Below are positions 29,880 through 41,248 of a stretch of 64,000 nucleotides of DNA, one piece after another. The notes under the pieces are model-generated. The model did not search any database, was not told where the DNA came from, and saw only the letters and a list, made by a program, of their open reading frames with translations. How positions within the stretch are numbered: position 1 is the stretch's first letter; every line of letters begins with the position of its first letter. A program made the translations under genes and the position numbers. This DNA comes from Anaerolineae bacterium (GTDB lineage: Bacteria > Chloroflexota > Anaerolineae > UBA1429): NCBI GenBank assembly GCA_963675785.1, contig OY776562.1, positions 3,072,001 through 3,136,000 of the forward strand, in the 5' to 3' direction.

Positions 29880-31811
29880 CTATTCAGCAGCTTGTTGGCG
29901 GATATAGTTCAACAAACCGCCAGCCAGCATTGCTTCGACTTGACGCTCAGAGAGATCAAAAGTCACCGGAATGCGGATGCCCTTGGTCTCGTCGACCAGC
30001 ACCATATCCTCGCCCGCCATTAAACTCTCGCGGACATTGGTCAAACTCAAGGTGTCGCCCTGGTCAATCGTGTCATAATCGGTGGAATTGGCGAATACCA
30101 ACGGCAGAATCCCTGCGTTCACCAGGTTGGCTTTGTGAATGCGCGCGAAACTTTTGACGATGACGGCCTTGATGCCCAGATAGAGCGGCACCAGCGCAGC
30201 ATGTTCACGGCTAGAGCCCTGGCCATAGTTCTCGCCGCCCACAATGAATCCGCCGCCTGCTTGGCGAGCCCTTTCGGGAAAGGTGGGATCGATGCCTACA
30301 AAGACGAAATCGCTCATGGCCGGAATATTGGAGCGGAAAGGCAGCACCTTGGCACCAGCGGGCATGATGTGATCGGTAGTGATATTGTCGCCCGTCTTGA
30401 GCAACAGTTCGCCGCTGATCTCATCGGCTGGGCTTTCAGCTATCGGCAAGGGCTTGATGTTGGGGCCGCGCACGATCTCAACCTTGCTGCCATCTTTGAG
30501 TGGGGCGATGATCATGTTGTCATCGATCACAAAGGATTCTGGCATGTTGACGACGGGTGCTTTCCCCAGAGTGCGAGGATCGGTAATGTATCCTGTCAAG
30601 GCAGAGGCGGCGCAAACTTCAGCGCTGGCCAGGAAAAGCATGGCATCGGCTGTACCGCTACGTCCCTTGAAATTACGATTGAACGAACGCAGGCTGTTGC
30701 TGCCTGAAGCCGGGGCCAAGCCCATGCCAATGCAAGGGCCGCAACCAGGATCCATTACACGAGCGCCGGCTGCTACGAGATCGGCCAACGCGCCGCTTTG
30801 TGCAATCATGGTGAGGGCCTGCTTGCTGCCCGGGTTAATCGTCAGTGAAACGCTGGGAATAATAGTTTTACCCTTGAGAATAGCAGCGACCGTTTCTAGA
30901 TCAACGACCGAAGAGTTGGTGCAGCTACCAATACAAACCTGGGCGAGTTCAACGTCACCAAGTGTACTGGCTTCTGCCACATTATCGGGGCTGTGCGGGC
31001 AGGCCACCAACGGCACCAGACTGGAGAGGTCCAACTCGACGACTTGATCGTACTTGGCATCAGCATCTGCCGTGAGCTCGACCCAATCTTGTTCACGGCC
31101 TTGCGCCTTGAGGAAGGCTAGGGTGTTCTCATCACTGGGGAACACTGAGGAGGTAGCTCCCAGCTCGGCGCCCATGTTGGTAATAGAAGCGCGTTGAGGC
31201 ACGCTCAGCGTGGCCACGCCCGGTCCGCCGTACTCGACGACAAAGCCTACGCCGCCCTTGACGGAAAGGCGTTTGAGCAACTCCAGAATGACATCTTTAG
31301 CGGCCACCCAGGGGCTCAATTTACCGGTCAAGCGAACTAAAATGACTTTGGGCATGGGCACATAAAAGGGAGCGCCTGCCATAGCGATGGCCACATCCAA
31401 CCCGCCCGAACCTATGGCCAGGGCGCCTACGCCGCCGGCAGTGGGGGTGTGGCTATCAGAGCCGAGTTGGGTTTTGCCCGGTGCGGCAAAGCGCTCTAGA
31501 TGAACTTGATGGCAGATGCCGTTACCAGGGCGGGAAAAATAGATACCATAGCGGGCGGCCACGCTCTGCAAATAGCGATGGTCATCCATATTACGAAAAT
31601 CGGCTTGCAGCATGTTGTGATCGACATAACTTACTGATAGCTCAGTACGCACCTTGTCGAGTTGCATAGCCTCAAATTGCAGATAAGCCATGGTGCCAGT
31701 GGCGTCCTGGGTCAGCGTCTGGTCAATGCGGATGCCGATCTCTTGTCCGGGGATCATCTCTCCTGCGACAAGATGATTCTTGATAATCTTTTGGCAGATG
31801 TTGAGTCCCAT
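29880..31811 (-). CDS. acn: Aconitate hydratase (short, 643 aa type)
   Basis: [43 protein letters not shown]. Confidence 0.9.
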   Translation of the reverse strand: MGLNICQKIIKNHLVAGEMIPGQEIGIRIDQTLTQDATGTMAYLQFEAMQLDKVRTELSVSYVDHNMLQADFRNMDDHRYLQSVAARYGIYFSRPGNGICHQVHLERFAAPGKTQLGSDSHTPTAGGVGALAIGSGGLDVAIAMAGAPFYVPMPKVILVRLTGKLSPWVAAKDVILELLKRLSVKGGVGFVVEYGGPGVATLSVPQRASITNMGAELGATSSVFPSDENTLAFLKAQGREQDWVELTADADAKYDQVVELDLSSLVPLVACPHSPDNVAEASTLGDVELAQVCIGSCTNSSVVDLETVAAILKGKTIIPSVSLTINPGSKQALTMIAQSGALADLVAAGARVMDPGCGPCIGMGLAPASGSNSLRSFNRNFKGRSGTADAMLFLASAEVCAASALTGYITDPRTLGKAPVVNMPESFVIDDNMIIAPLKDGSKVEIVRGPNIKPLPIAESPADEISGELLLKTGDNITTDHIMPAGAKVLPFRSNIPAMSDFVFVGIDPTFPERARQAGGGFIVGGENYGQGSSREHAALVPLYLGIKAVIVKSFARIHKANLVNAGILPLVFANSTDYDTIDQGDTLSLTNVRESLMAGEDMVLVDETKGIRIPVTFDLSERQVEAMLAGGLLNYIRQQAAE

Positions 31812-34300
31812 TATATTCCCTTTCCCGGTTCAAACTCTAGAGGGCGATCTAGCAGGTCTAGTGCCTGACAACCGTCTTCTTTCAAGCATAACGTCCATAT
31901 TTCGTGCGGACGTACAGGATGTGTCCATCTTTGGTTCATGTGTTCGGAGATGAGCACCAGCTCGGTTTCTAGGCCGGCAGTTTCTACACCACGCACAATA
32001 AGGTGCCCTTGCGCATCTTCTTTAATGACGCTGAGAACGATATTGTTGGGTTCACAGCGCAGTAGAGAGCCGCTGCTGGGCCAGGTGCCGGCTGCCTTAT
32101 TACCAGAATAGGGCAATAGCGGCTCATGTAGGGCATAATCGGCGCGATCAATAGCGCCGACCGCTGCAGAGCCGACGTGCGGCAGCAAGCGCAGGCGAAT
32201 CACCTGCTTCCCCTGGTCAGTATAGTGGTATTTTATGCCAGGGATAATTTGTCGTGGACGGTGGAAAGCATAGATGGGGCTGCGCAGCAAGCTGAGCCTG
32301 AATTCGCCGCCCAAGGCATCATAACCGTATGTACTGTCGTTGATAAAGGCGATGCCGGTGCCGGTGGCACTGTCTAGAACGTCCACCCAGGCTTGGCACG
32401 GTTCTTCTTCGCCATTGGCTTGGCGAAGTGTGGCACCATAGGGGGCTGAGGCATTTACCACTGGATTGCCTGCATTGATCGGGAAAGCCAGCTTGAGCAT
32501 TTTGAGTTGCTCATGCCAGTCGATGGCGATCTTGATGTCGATGTAAGGGCTGTTTTGGGCAAGCGTGTATTCCTGCGTAATGGCGGAATCTCCCCAAACG
32601 CTCTCAATGCGCACTGTCGAAGCTGCTGGGCCTCTGCTAATGAGCTGCGGCTTGGCCGTCAGTTCGAATTCGCCAATGACATCGCGGAAGGAAACGACAT
32701 CGTGGCTCCAGGTATCGCTGGGGTCATCGATGATGAGGGGAATAGCTCCACTCCCCGAAAGGAGCTCGGTGCCGGTTGCCTTGTCGGTAATGCTGGCTAG
32801 CCAGCCCTGTTCTCCGCCAAAAGTTAGCTTGAGGTACTCATTTTCAAGCGAGGCGGATGATTCAGGAGCCAAACCGACACGCTCGCCTTCGAGCTTTTCA
32901 ATCTCAACAGCGAGTGTCTTCCAGCCCAGAGCGGGCACCGTCACCACGGCCGAGATATGCACGATATAGCGATTGTCATCGAACTCAACGCCATCGATTT
33001 GTGCGGGAACGATGGTGCTAGATTCATCACGTACAATAACACCCGTAGGGACGATTGTTCCCTGACGATTCTGATGAAAACCACCCAGGCGTACATCAAG
33101 GTGTACGACCTCTTGCCGGTTCCAGGCTAGGGGGTTCCAGATGACAAAAGTATCCTCTTCTTGGGTAGGACTGACGCAGGCAGTAAGTGCGGCGAGGGAG
33201 CTGGTACGGATGCTATCGGCGATAGAATGTGTGGTGTCATAGCCAGCCCAAACGTCTTTATAAGCGCTTTCTATAGATGTCCCTGCAAGGATATCGTGAA
33301 ATTGGTTAAAGAGGACGGGTTCCCAGGCAGAATCAATCTGCTCTTGAACTGAATCCAGCCCACACAGTTTTTTAGCCAGGGTACCCAGACGCTCGGCCTG
33401 CATGAGTGCACGTTCGGCACGGCGGTTTTCTCGCTTGATACGTGCAAGGGCCGTATAGCAACCGCGCGAGTGATGTTGCAGTTCGTCGTGAACGACGGGC
33501 CAATTGCCTCCTGCCCGTTTGATCTCGGCAAAGAAACGATCCGGAGAGGAAAAGACTGGTTCAACTGGGCCGCCTTCGCCCATCAGCTCTACCAGATCAG
33601 CGACGTTAGCCTTGGTAGGGCCGCCGCCGTGGTTGCCTACACCGTAAAAGCAAATGACCATGGGTGCCTTATCGGTGACTGCTTGTGCTGCCAGGGCAAC
33701 GCGCTCGCGCATGTTTTCTTGCTCGGGACTGTTGTAGTGAAGGGGAGGCCGACAGGTGAGCACCCGACTGCCATCGGGCGATTCCCACCAGAACGGGCCA
33801 ATGGGCAGATCTTTTTCGTTTGGATCGGGCCTAAAAAAGAGATAGCTGTCCATCCCCGATAGCTGCAAAAGCTGCGGCAGTGTGCCAGCATGTCCAAAAG
33901 AATCGACGTTGTAACCCACGGTGGAGATTTGCCCAAAGTGATCTTGCAGATAGCGCTGGCCGTACAAAGCATGTCGCGCAAAAGCTTCGCCATGCGGGAT
34001 GTTGCAGTCGGGCTGGAGCCACCAACCGTTGACCAGCGACCATTTACCTGCCTTGACCGCTTCAACAATCGCCTGGAAAAGACAGGGATCGTCTTCCTGC
34101 GCCCATTTATAGGTTATAGAACCCCCGCTGGTAAAGACATAGGCATCATATTCACGAATGAGATCAATAGCGGTGTGATAGGTGGCGACGACTTCTTCTC
34201 TACCCTCCTGGCAGGGCCAAAGCCATACGGGATCGATATGGGCATTGCCGATCATGTGTACGCGCGTCTTGGCGGATTCGGTCATCAAGTGGCTCTCCAT
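31811..34300 (-). CDS. Glycoside hydrolase family 38 alpha-mannosidase
   Basis: NAHIDPVWLW, DSFGH, YGVGNHGGGPT, NQFHDILAGTSI. Confidence 0.92.
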   Translation of the reverse strand: MESHLMTESAKTRVHMIGNAHIDPVWLWPCQEGREEVVATYHTAIDLIREYDAYVFTSGGSITYKWAQEDDPCLFQAIVEAVKAGKWSLVNGWWLQPDCNIPHGEAFARHALYGQRYLQDHFGQISTVGYNVDSFGHAGTLPQLLQLSGMDSYLFFRPDPNEKDLPIGPFWWESPDGSRVLTCRPPLHYNSPEQENMRERVALAAQAVTDKAPMVICFYGVGNHGGGPTKANVADLVELMGEGGPVEPVFSSPDRFFAEIKRAGGNWPVVHDELQHHSRGCYTALARIKRENRRAERALMQAERLGTLAKKLCGLDSVQEQIDSAWEPVLFNQFHDILAGTSIESAYKDVWAGYDTTHSIADSIRTSSLAALTACVSPTQEEDTFVIWNPLAWNRQEVVHLDVRLGGFHQNRQGTIVPTGVIVRDESSTIVPAQIDGVEFDDNRYIVHISAVVTVPALGWKTLAVEIEKLEGERVGLAPESSASLENEYLKLTFGGEQGWLASITDKATGTELLSGSGAIPLIIDDPSDTWSHDVVSFRDVIGEFELTAKPQLISRGPAASTVRIESVWGDSAITQEYTLAQNSPYIDIKIAIDWHEQLKMLKLAFPINAGNPVVNASAPYGATLRQANGEEEPCQAWVDVLDSATGTGIAFINDSTYGYDALGGEFRLSLLRSPIYAFHRPRQIIPGIKYHYTDQGKQVIRLRLLPHVGSAAVGAIDRADYALHEPLLPYSGNKAAGTWPSSGSLLRCEPNNIVLSVIKEDAQGHLIVRGVETAGLETELVLISEHMNQRWTHPVRPHEIWTLCLKEDGCQALDLLDRPLEFEPGKGI

Positions 34301-34363
34301 TTTGCTAACACAAAAGGCCGAGTGGTGTACTCGACCTTGAGGATTCGCTCTTCACCGAGCGGT

Positions 34364-34660
34364 TCAGATGGTAATTTCGTGCTCTATAGAAGGTTCGTCT
34401 GGTTCAGGTGGTGCTCCAGATATGTAGTAGTTGATAAAAGCCTTGGTACCGCTGGCAACTGCTGCTAATGAGATGAGCAAATCTTGCATGCGGCTATCGG
34501 CTTCTTCTGGTGAGATCAGCACAAGCGCCAGAGCATCCTCGCGGTGCTCGACAAAGAGCGCTTTCCCGGTGCAGCGGCGCACGACCACGGCGACCCTTTT
34601 GATAAACAAAAGAGGAGCCAGAAGGCCAACGATAAAGCCGCCAACAAAAGATCGATCCAC
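34364..34660 (-). CDS. Small hypothetical membrane protein
   Basis: ORF tightly packed with neighbours; N-terminal hydrophobic helix. Confidence 0.55.
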   Translation of the reverse strand: MDRSFVGGFIVGLLAPLLFIKRVAVVVRRCTGKALFVEHREDALALVLISPEEADSRMQDLLISLAAVASGTKAFINYYISGAPPEPDEPSIEHEITI

Positions 34661-34664
34661 AAGG

Positions 34665-34856
34665 CTACTCCATCTTATCAGCGAGGCGTTTTACGATAAC
34701 GTCGACTGCTTCGTCGGGGGCCACTGTGCCTCCGCCAAGAAATTCGGGCAAAGGAATCTTGTTCATAAGCGCCAAGATAATGCCAGTGGCCGCCAAGAAG
34801 GCCAAGGTGCTGGTTCCAGCGGCGATCCCTGCCCAGAAACGCGATCGACGTAACAC
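34665..34856 (-). CDS. Small hypothetical membrane protein
   Basis: 63 aa with one TM helix; packed between co-oriented ORFs with 3-4 nt gaps. Confidence 0.5.
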   Translation of the reverse strand: MLRRSRFWAGIAAGTSTLAFLAATGIILALMNKIPLPEFLGGGTVAPDEAVDVIVKRLADKME

Positions 34857-34859
34857 GTT

Positions 34860-35213
34860 CTACTCCTCTAACCCTGCTGGGTGATCATCATCCCCATCAT
34901 TGCCCGATGAGAGCGGGCTGCCCTCTGTATTTCTGGTTAGGCTACCCACCAGCGTTGAGACACCAATGAGAATAAGAATGCCCGGCCAAAAGAGCCCGGT
35001 GTAGAAAAGGATAGCCAGGCCAACCAACCAAAAGAAAGACTGCCAACCATACCAACCTCGATCGGCGGCCAGGGCACCAGGTAAGCTCGAAGCGCCAATG
35101 ACCACTAGGATCCAGGGCCAAACGCTAACTGAATCAAACAGGAAGATGATTCCTAGGCCGATGAGGAATACGCCTCCGCTGATACCTGAGAAGGTTTTAG
35201 CTTTGTCATCCAT
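34860..35213 (-). CDS. Hypothetical membrane protein (LiaI/DUF5668-like W-P-x-I-L repeats)
   Basis: GGVFLIGLG...WPWILVVIG...FWPGILILIG; ATG behind GGAG. Confidence 0.65.
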   Translation of the reverse strand: MDDKAKTFSGISGGVFLIGLGIIFLFDSVSVWPWILVVIGASSLPGALAADRGWYGWQSFFWLVGLAILFYTGLFWPGILILIGVSTLVGSLTRNTEGSPLSSGNDGDDDHPAGLEE

Positions 35214-35337
35214 GCTCTCCCCACCTTTTGTAACGTGTGCGAATCTTAACACGAGCGATTATGCTGGTCAAGGGCGCGTATAAAGCTTGGATCTATAAAA
35301 GTGATATAATGCTCTAGATAAACAAAAGGAGCTAGCT

Positions 35338-36015
35338 TTGATCCCTATAGGTGATATCAACCCCAGACGACGTTTCCCCTGGGCTACTTTACTCGTGATT
35401 GTGGCCAATACGCTGATCTTTCTTTTGATGCAGTTGCTGCCCCCGAGTACACGGACGGGGATTTATTACACTGGGGGTATTATTCCTTATCACCTGACGG
35501 TATTAGGCGGTTGGAGTGCCTGGCTAACTATTCTCAGTAGCATGTTTTTGCACGGCGGATGGTCTCATCTCATCGGAAACATGATCTTCCTCTGGGTCTT
35601 TGGCGATAACATCGAAGACCGGTTTGGGCCTCTGGGTTTTCTCGCACTCTACCTTTTGAGTGGGGCCGTTGCTGGACTAACTCAAGTCGTTTTCAACCCA
35701 CTTTCCGAAGTGCCGATTATTGGCGCCAGTGGCGCTATTTCAGGCATTGCTGGGGCTTATTTGCTACTCTTCCCCAAAGCGCGCATCCGAGTTCTCTTTA
35801 CGGTGATCATCTTTTGGCGCGTTGTTGAAGTTCGGGCTGCGGCCTTTTTGATCATCTGGTTCTTGTGGCAGCTCATTCAAGGCGTAGTTAGTCTCAGTAC
35901 CACGTCGGGTGGGGGAGTGGCCTGGTTTGCGCATGTGGGTGGGTTTGCAACCGGCCTTATATTGGCCATATTATTCGGAGGTAGGCGCCGGCAGATACCC
36001 GAGTATGAGGTCTAG
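35338..36015 (+). CDS. Rhomboid intramembrane serine protease
   Basis: SMFLHGGWSHLIGNM, IGASGAISG, VAWFAHVGGF. Confidence 0.93.
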   Translation: MIPIGDINPRRRFPWATLLVIVANTLIFLLMQLLPPSTRTGIYYTGGIIPYHLTVLGGWSAWLTILSSMFLHGGWSHLIGNMIFLWVFGDNIEDRFGPLGFLALYLLSGAVAGLTQVVFNPLSEVPIIGASGAISGIAGAYLLLFPKARIRVLFTVIIFWRVVEVRAAAFLIIWFLWQLIQGVVSLSTTSGGGVAWFAHVGGFATGLILAILFGGRRRQIPEYEV

Positions 36016-36019
36016 TTAC

Positions 36020-36055
36020 AAAAAAGGGGGGGAGCAGATTGATCTGCCCCCCCTC
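36020..36055. terminator. Terminator between rhomboid and trpS
   Basis: AAAAAAGGGGGGG-A-GCAGAT-TG-ATCTGC-CCCCCCT. Confidence 0.7.
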
Positions 36056-36057
36056 TA

Positions 36058-37119
36058 CTATTCCTTCTCCGCGTCTTCGATGGTTTTGCGTGCCTTGCGC
36101 GAGATGCCATTCCATAGTGTGGTCAACCCCATGGCCTTGCGCATCTCTTTGATGGTGATATCTGCCTCTTCTGAGGTGCGCATGGTGCCCTCATAGATCA
36201 AGCGTTCCACCAGACCGTTCTGGCCAGCATAGTACTCGCGCCGCTCTCGGATAGGATCCAAGAAATTGTTGATGGCGACGACGAGTTTTTCTTTGACCTC
36301 GACATCTCCCACACGCCCCTCACGATAGCGTGCTTTGAGATCTTCAACCTCGGCCTTGTCGGGGTTAAAGACGTCGTGGTAAACAAAGACTGGGTTGCCC
36401 TCGACCGTTCCGGGGACGTCGGCGCTGATGCGGTTGGGGTCGGTGTACATGCTGAACACGCGTTTATGCACCATTTTGGCATCGTCGGATAGCATGATGG
36501 CATTGCCTAGGCTCTTGGACATCTTGGCCTGTCCATCTGTTCCTACCAATGTGGGGACGTCCCCCACCATGACCTCTGGGATGGGCAGTACATCGCCATA
36601 GAGATAATTGAATCGACGAGCGATCTCGCGTGTGATTTCGACATGGGCCACATTATCTTTGCCCACCGGCACGAGGTTGGCGCGAGGTGTGATGATATCA
36701 GCAGCCTGCAAAACTGGATATCCCACCAGGCCAAAGGGCAGAGTGTCTTCTTCAAAGTGGGCGGCTTTGGCCATTTCTTTGATGCTGGGCAGCCGCTGAA
36801 GCCTGGGCAGCGTTACCATCATTTCAAAGATCAGATTGATTTGATAGACGGCAGGAATGGCAGACTGCAAATAGATGGTGCTCTTTTCGGGATCGACGCC
36901 AACTGCTAGATAGTCGAGTACCATATCACGCACGTTTTTACCCAGCGTGGCAATATTTTCTTTTTCTGGCTTGGTTGTAAGGGTGTGCAGATCAGCCACG
37001 ATGAAAAAGCATTCATACTCATCTTGCAGGCGTACACGATTGGCCAAGCTTCCTACATAGTGTCCCAAGTGTAGCTTACCGGTCGGACGGTCTCCGGTAA
37101 GAATGCGTTTCCTCGTCAT
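36058..37119 (-). CDS. trpS: Tryptophanyl-tRNA synthetase
   Basis: [28 protein letters not shown]. Confidence 0.97.
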   Translation of the reverse strand: MTRKRILTGDRPTGKLHLGHYVGSLANRVRLQDEYECFFIVADLHTLTTKPEKENIATLGKNVRDMVLDYLAVGVDPEKSTIYLQSAIPAVYQINLIFEMMVTLPRLQRLPSIKEMAKAAHFEEDTLPFGLVGYPVLQAADIITPRANLVPVGKDNVAHVEITREIARRFNYLYGDVLPIPEVMVGDVPTLVGTDGQAKMSKSLGNAIMLSDDAKMVHKRVFSMYTDPNRISADVPGTVEGNPVFVYHDVFNPDKAEVEDLKARYREGRVGDVEVKEKLVVAINNFLDPIRERREYYAGQNGLVERLIYEGTMRTSEEADITIKEMRKAMGLTTLWNGISRKARKTIEDAEKE

Positions 37120-37133
37120 GGTTCCCTCCCTAT

Positions 37134-37378
37134 AACAAAAAACGTCTCGCCCCAAACTTCAGGGACGAGACGCAATGCTCGCGGTACCACCCCGTTTGAT
37201 TGCTCTATGCTAAAGAGCAACCCACTCGGCCAGCCAGTAACGCGACTGAGACGTCCGGTCATACTCTGTTCTGCCCGGCTGCTCATCGGCCCATTCACCC
37301 GGTACTCGCGGCTCCGTTCGCAGCACAGGGAGCTCTCTTACGCTGTTTGCCAGGCTACTATTCCGAATCAACGCATTG
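37134..37378 (-). ncRNA. T-box riboswitch (Trp specifier)
   Basis: Minus strand: stem I with AGAGA and GAA-TGG specifier (37291-37293), T-box GGGTGGTACCGCG, terminator CGTCTCGTCCC...GGGGCGAGACG-TTTTT; promoter TTGACA-17-TATCAT at 37384-37412. Confidence 0.95.
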
Positions 37379-37447
37379 GCAACATGATACACCCCACAGT
37401 AAAGGGTGTCAAAGTGCTGTCACAGCTGAGAGTGTTAACGTTTCGCC

Positions 37448-38719
37448 TTACAAGAGAGCAGTGGCGACTTTATTCACAGCTTCGATGGCCTGATCCGCAT
37501 CCTGCTCGCTATAGGTTTGATCCATCAGCATCATTACAGTGCGCCCCAGCAATTCAAGTGTCCGTGGGCATTCGGTGGGGCTGTAGCCTTGGATATCGCC
37601 CTTGTAAAACGGGTTCTTCCAGGGGGCGCGGCGTTCATCGGCTAATCCACTCATCATAAAAGGCCAGTTGCGGTAGATGTGTCGATCGGGAATGCTGTTA
37701 TCAAAAATCGTGCCGCAACCGATACCCTCGGCGTTCAAGGCGGCAGCGAAACGCCTGGATATTTCGGCATCTGGCAGCAGCATGCACAAGGAAATACCGC
37801 AATCTCCCCGGGGATCGGGGACGTGCTGCAGCTCAATGCCGTCTATGTTACTGATGCCGGCGATGATGCGGCTCTTGATGCTGCGAAAATGCTCAAGAAG
37901 CGGGTCTAGCCTGTCGCACTGAGCCAGAACGAGTGCGGCCGCAAGTTCAGAGATGCGATAGTTCTCTCCAGAGACGAGATCGGGATGTTCTTCTTGCCCT
38001 TTTGCATCTTTCCAAAAACGCATGGCGCAATCGTGCTGCATACGAGCTCGCAGGTAGAAACGGTCGTTATCAGTAACGACAAGACCACCCTCTCCTGCCG
38101 TGATGATCTTGTACTGTTGAAAACTGTAGCAGCCGACATCGCCAAAGGTGCCCAGAGCCTGGCCTGCAAAGGTGCCGCCGTTGGATTGGGCCACATCTTC
38201 GACAACGGACAAACCGTGGGCTTGCGCAATGGTCGTCACACGATCGATTTGGGCTGGTACACCACGCATGTGTACGGGAATCACCGCTTTGGTATGCGGC
38301 GTGATTTTTCTCTCGATATCGGCGGGGTCTATGTTGAGCGATTCGTCAATTTCGGCCAGGACAGGCACAGCCCCCGCGGCAATCACAGCTGCCGCAGTAG
38401 CAATATAGGTATATGCAGGGATGATGACCTCGTCGCCAGGGCCTGCATCGATGCCATAGAGCGCAGCAATGAGTGCAGAAGTGCCGCCATTTACGGCGAG
38501 GGCATATTTTGTGCCCAGGCGCTGGCAATACCATTGTTCAAGTGATTCTGCCTCAGAGGGCTGTTCCTTGGTGCCCAGGAAGCGAAAGAGACGCTTTTTG
38601 CAAAGAACGTTGAGAACAGCTTCCTGTTCTTTTTCATCAATCAATTCCGAGCCATGAAAACCCGATCTGAGTTTTTGTTCTCTTACCGGTTTGCCGCCAT
38701 CGATTGCTAATTTCCCCAT
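37448..38719 (-). CDS. DegT/DnrJ/EryC1/StrS PLP aminotransferase
   Basis: MGKLAIDGG, GTSAL, EDVAQS, SFQQYKIITAGEGG, NYR. Confidence 0.92.
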   Translation of the reverse strand: MGKLAIDGGKPVREQKLRSGFHGSELIDEKEQEAVLNVLCKKRLFRFLGTKEQPSEAESLEQWYCQRLGTKYALAVNGGTSALIAALYGIDAGPGDEVIIPAYTYIATAAAVIAAGAVPVLAEIDESLNIDPADIERKITPHTKAVIPVHMRGVPAQIDRVTTIAQAHGLSVVEDVAQSNGGTFAGQALGTFGDVGCYSFQQYKIITAGEGGLVVTDNDRFYLRARMQHDCAMRFWKDAKGQEEHPDLVSGENYRISELAAALVLAQCDRLDPLLEHFRSIKSRIIAGISNIDGIELQHVPDPRGDCGISLCMLLPDAEISRRFAAALNAEGIGCGTIFDNSIPDRHIYRNWPFMMSGLADERRAPWKNPFYKGDIQGYSPTECPRTLELLGRTVMMLMDQTYSEQDADQAIEAVNKVATALL

Positions 38720-38735
38720 GCGTGTTCCTCTTGGC

Positions 38736-39092
38736 TTAAAGTGCCATGATCGTATAATCGTCCGAGATGTAAGAGTCCATGCTTGCATGCCCGAACGCGC
38801 CAGACAGCAACGGCAACCCAAGTTCTGTTGCAGCGTCAATAGCGTCGGCGGCTCCAGCGCAAGCTTTACAAACGCCAGCAATTAGGTTCTCTTCCATTGC
38901 TTTGGCAAAGAAGGATGTCAGTTTATCGGATTTGTCGACAAAGCCAGGCAGCCAGGCAGGTGCAACGCCTTCCAAGATGACTGTGGCCTCTCCGCCGCGT
39001 GCGACGACATCTCGGGCAAAAAGAACCGCATGTTGCAGTTTGCAAGCGCTTTCAGGCCCGGCAAAGAGCACGACCAAGAGTTTGTTCGTCAT
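38736..39092 (-). CDS. DsrE-like protein
   Basis: 118 aa, ILEG and GVCKACA motifs typical of the DsrE/DsrF fold. Confidence 0.65.
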   Translation of the reverse strand: MTNKLLVVLFAGPESACKLQHAVLFARDVVARGGEATVILEGVAPAWLPGFVDKSDKLTSFFAKAMEENLIAGVCKACAGAADAIDAATELGLPLLSGAFGHASMDSYISDDYTIMAL

Positions 39093-39176
39093 ATTCCTAT
39101 CTCCTTTTGTATGCTGCTATTATAGATAGGTGTTTGTGTAGCAGGCAAGCCCCCTAGCCGTGAACGGAGATTCTGC

Positions 39177-39713
39177 ATGATGGATGTAACAAGAGTGGCA
39201 GTCGGCTCGATGAACAAGGCAAAGCTCAAGGCTGCACGTGATGTCGTTTTACAGATTTGGCCTGATTCAGTGTGTCGGGGTGTTTCTGTGGATTCGGGTA
39301 TTAGCGCTATGCCCATGTGTGATTTGGAAGCGCGTGAGGGCGCCATGAATCGCGCGATTGCTGCGAAAGATGCGCTTGTTGCCGACCTGGGCCTGGGCAT
39401 GGAGGGATCAGTCAGCGAAGAAGGCGGTGTAATGTACCTGACTGGTTGGGTCGCGGTAGCTTGTTCTAGCGGGCAGGTATCGTTGGCTAGCTGTGGCAGG
39501 CTGCCCTTACCCGAGAGTGTTGCCGAGCGGGTTCGCGCGGGAGAGGAATTGGGTCCCATCATCGACGAACTCTCGGGTCAGCAGCATAGCAGAGAAAGCC
39601 TCGGCGCTGTGGGCTTTTTGACCGATGGTCTTGTGCCGAGAGATATGATCTTTTCTGTGGCTCTTGCTTATGCGATGGCGCCCATCCGCCATCCAGAATT
39701 ATACGATGCTTAG
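39177..39713 (+). CDS. yjjX: Non-canonical purine NTP phosphatase (YjjX/DUF84)
   Basis: VAVGSMNKAK, VDSG, GAMNRA, GMEG, GEELG, GAVGFLT. Confidence 0.88.
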   Translation: MMDVTRVAVGSMNKAKLKAARDVVLQIWPDSVCRGVSVDSGISAMPMCDLEAREGAMNRAIAAKDALVADLGLGMEGSVSEEGGVMYLTGWVAVACSSGQVSLASCGRLPLPESVAERVRAGEELGPIIDELSGQQHSRESLGAVGFLTDGLVPRDMIFSVALAYAMAPIRHPELYDA

Positions 39714-41248
39714 GTTGTTCTGGTTTCAAGGTATCTTGGCAGAATAAGAGAGAATCGTGTTCCCTGCCCGGGGCTGCTTTGTACAGTCAAAGTGCCCTGC
39801 AAGGCTTCTGTCGTCATCTTGGCAATAACCAGCCCAAGGCCGGTTCCTCCAGGTTTTCCGGCTGTATAGTACTTTTCAAAAAGATGGGCGCTCTGCTCAG
39901 GGTTCATACCGCACCCTGTATCCTCTACGATGAACTCGATTTCTTTATCGTGCGCTGCGCACTCTAGTTTTATACTGCCTTCACTAGTAAACTTGATAGC
40001 GTTCGCCAGCAAATTCCCCAACACTAGCTCGATGTTTCTCATGTCGGAGAACATGTCGACGGGTTCTTCAGGGCATGCCAGGATGAGCGCGATGCCTTTG
40101 GATTGAGCCAGTGGCGTAAACCGCTCGGCAATCTGCTGGCAGAGCTGGCCCACATCCAAATTCTGGCAGTGAGGCTCAAACTTGCCCGCCTCAAGGCGAG
40201 CAGAATCGAGTAGATCATTCACCAGACGGCTTTCACGATCTACCTCGTGCTTGATGGTTTGAAGGCTGTCTTGGGGGACATTTGGAGGAAGATCCATCTC
40301 AAGCATACGGATGTGGAGCTTGATCGTAGCCAGCGGCGTGCGCAGTTCATGCGAGGCATAGGCAACAAAGTCGGATTGCATTTGCGCATATTGTGCTTGT
40401 TCGGTGGTATTTCGGGCAACCCATACCCGACACTCGGGTAATTTTACCGAGTTGATGCCGAGTACGCGATCCTGAAGTGTGACAAAGTGAGTTCCATCGC
40501 GTATGGGTTCTGTTTGCTCTGAGGGGAGGAGCCAGCTGGGAATAACGTCTCCAACTCGCGCTTGTAAAAGATTCTCAGCAGCCTCGTTGCAAAGGATGTA
40601 GCGGCCATCTTCTGACACGGCCACTGCATCTGACATATTGCGGAGCACGCTATCAAAGAGATTTCTCTCGTTTTCAAGCTCCCTCTGGTTAGCCGCCAAA
40701 CGGTCCATAAACTGCCAGAGAAGCAAAGCAACAAAAACTAGTTGGGGCAGTGCTAAAAAGACAGACTGCGGGATACCGCCGGGCATAAACAGCTCGATAT
40801 CAGAGTTATATCCCAATGTATTGGAGACAAGGATAGCGGCGTATCCAAGAACGGCTGCAAGTGTGAGAGGAAGAACTGCTCGCGGAGAGACGAGCCATCC
40901 GCCCATGATGATGGGCCACAAATAGGCAAAGGCGAATACCCAGCCTTCAGAACCGAGGACAAAGATCAGAACAGTATTGAGTGCAATCTCAAGCCCGAGT
41001 GCAAACACCGCTAAAAAACTGATATGGTTGTGGTTCCATAGATAGTAATAGATGCCGTTTACGGCCAAGTACAATGCGGCAATGTAGGTCAGGGGTAAGA
41101 GGTCTGTAAAAAGCCTGCGCCCGTCCAGCACTGCCAATATGATGGCAAAGATGATTGATACGAGCGTATGCCCAATGATAAAGACACGCCACTGTGCTAG
41201 TGACTCGGGTGTTTTTTTGGGGGAACTAGTCGTTTGAATGTCCGCCAC
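39710..41248 (-). CDS. Membrane sensor histidine kinase (TM-PAS-HisKA-HATPase)
   Basis: SHELRTPL H-box, NLLANAIKFT, DTGCGM, GTGLGL; start uncertain (GTG 41248 overlapping upstream gene). Confidence 0.88.
   Translation of the reverse strand: MADIQTTSSPKKTPESLAQWRVFIIGHTLVSIIFAIILAVLDGRRLFTDLLPLTYIAALYLAVNGIYYYLWNHNHISFLAVFALGLEIALNTVLIFVLGSEGWVFAFAYLWPIIMGGWLVSPRAVLPLTLAAVLGYAAILVSNTLGYNSDIELFMPGGIPQSVFLALPQLVFVALLLWQFMDRLAANQRELENERNLFDSVLRNMSDAVAVSEDGRYILCNEAAENLLQARVGDVIPSWLLPSEQTEPIRDGTHFVTLQDRVLGINSVKLPECRVWVARNTTEQAQYAQMQSDFVAYASHELRTPLATIKLHIRMLEMDLPPNVPQDSLQTIKHEVDRESRLVNDLLDSARLEAGKFEPHCQNLDVGQLCQQIAERFTPLAQSKGIALILACPEEPVDMFSDMRNIELVLGNLLANAIKFTSEGSIKLECAAHDKEIEFIVEDTGCGMNPEQSAHLFEKYYTAGKPGGTGLGLVIAKMTTEALQGTLTVQSSPGQGTRFSLILPRYLETRTT

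Noticed and set aside
37116-37659. ORFs in the trpS upstream region
   Set aside because: Explained by the T-box leader and promoter.
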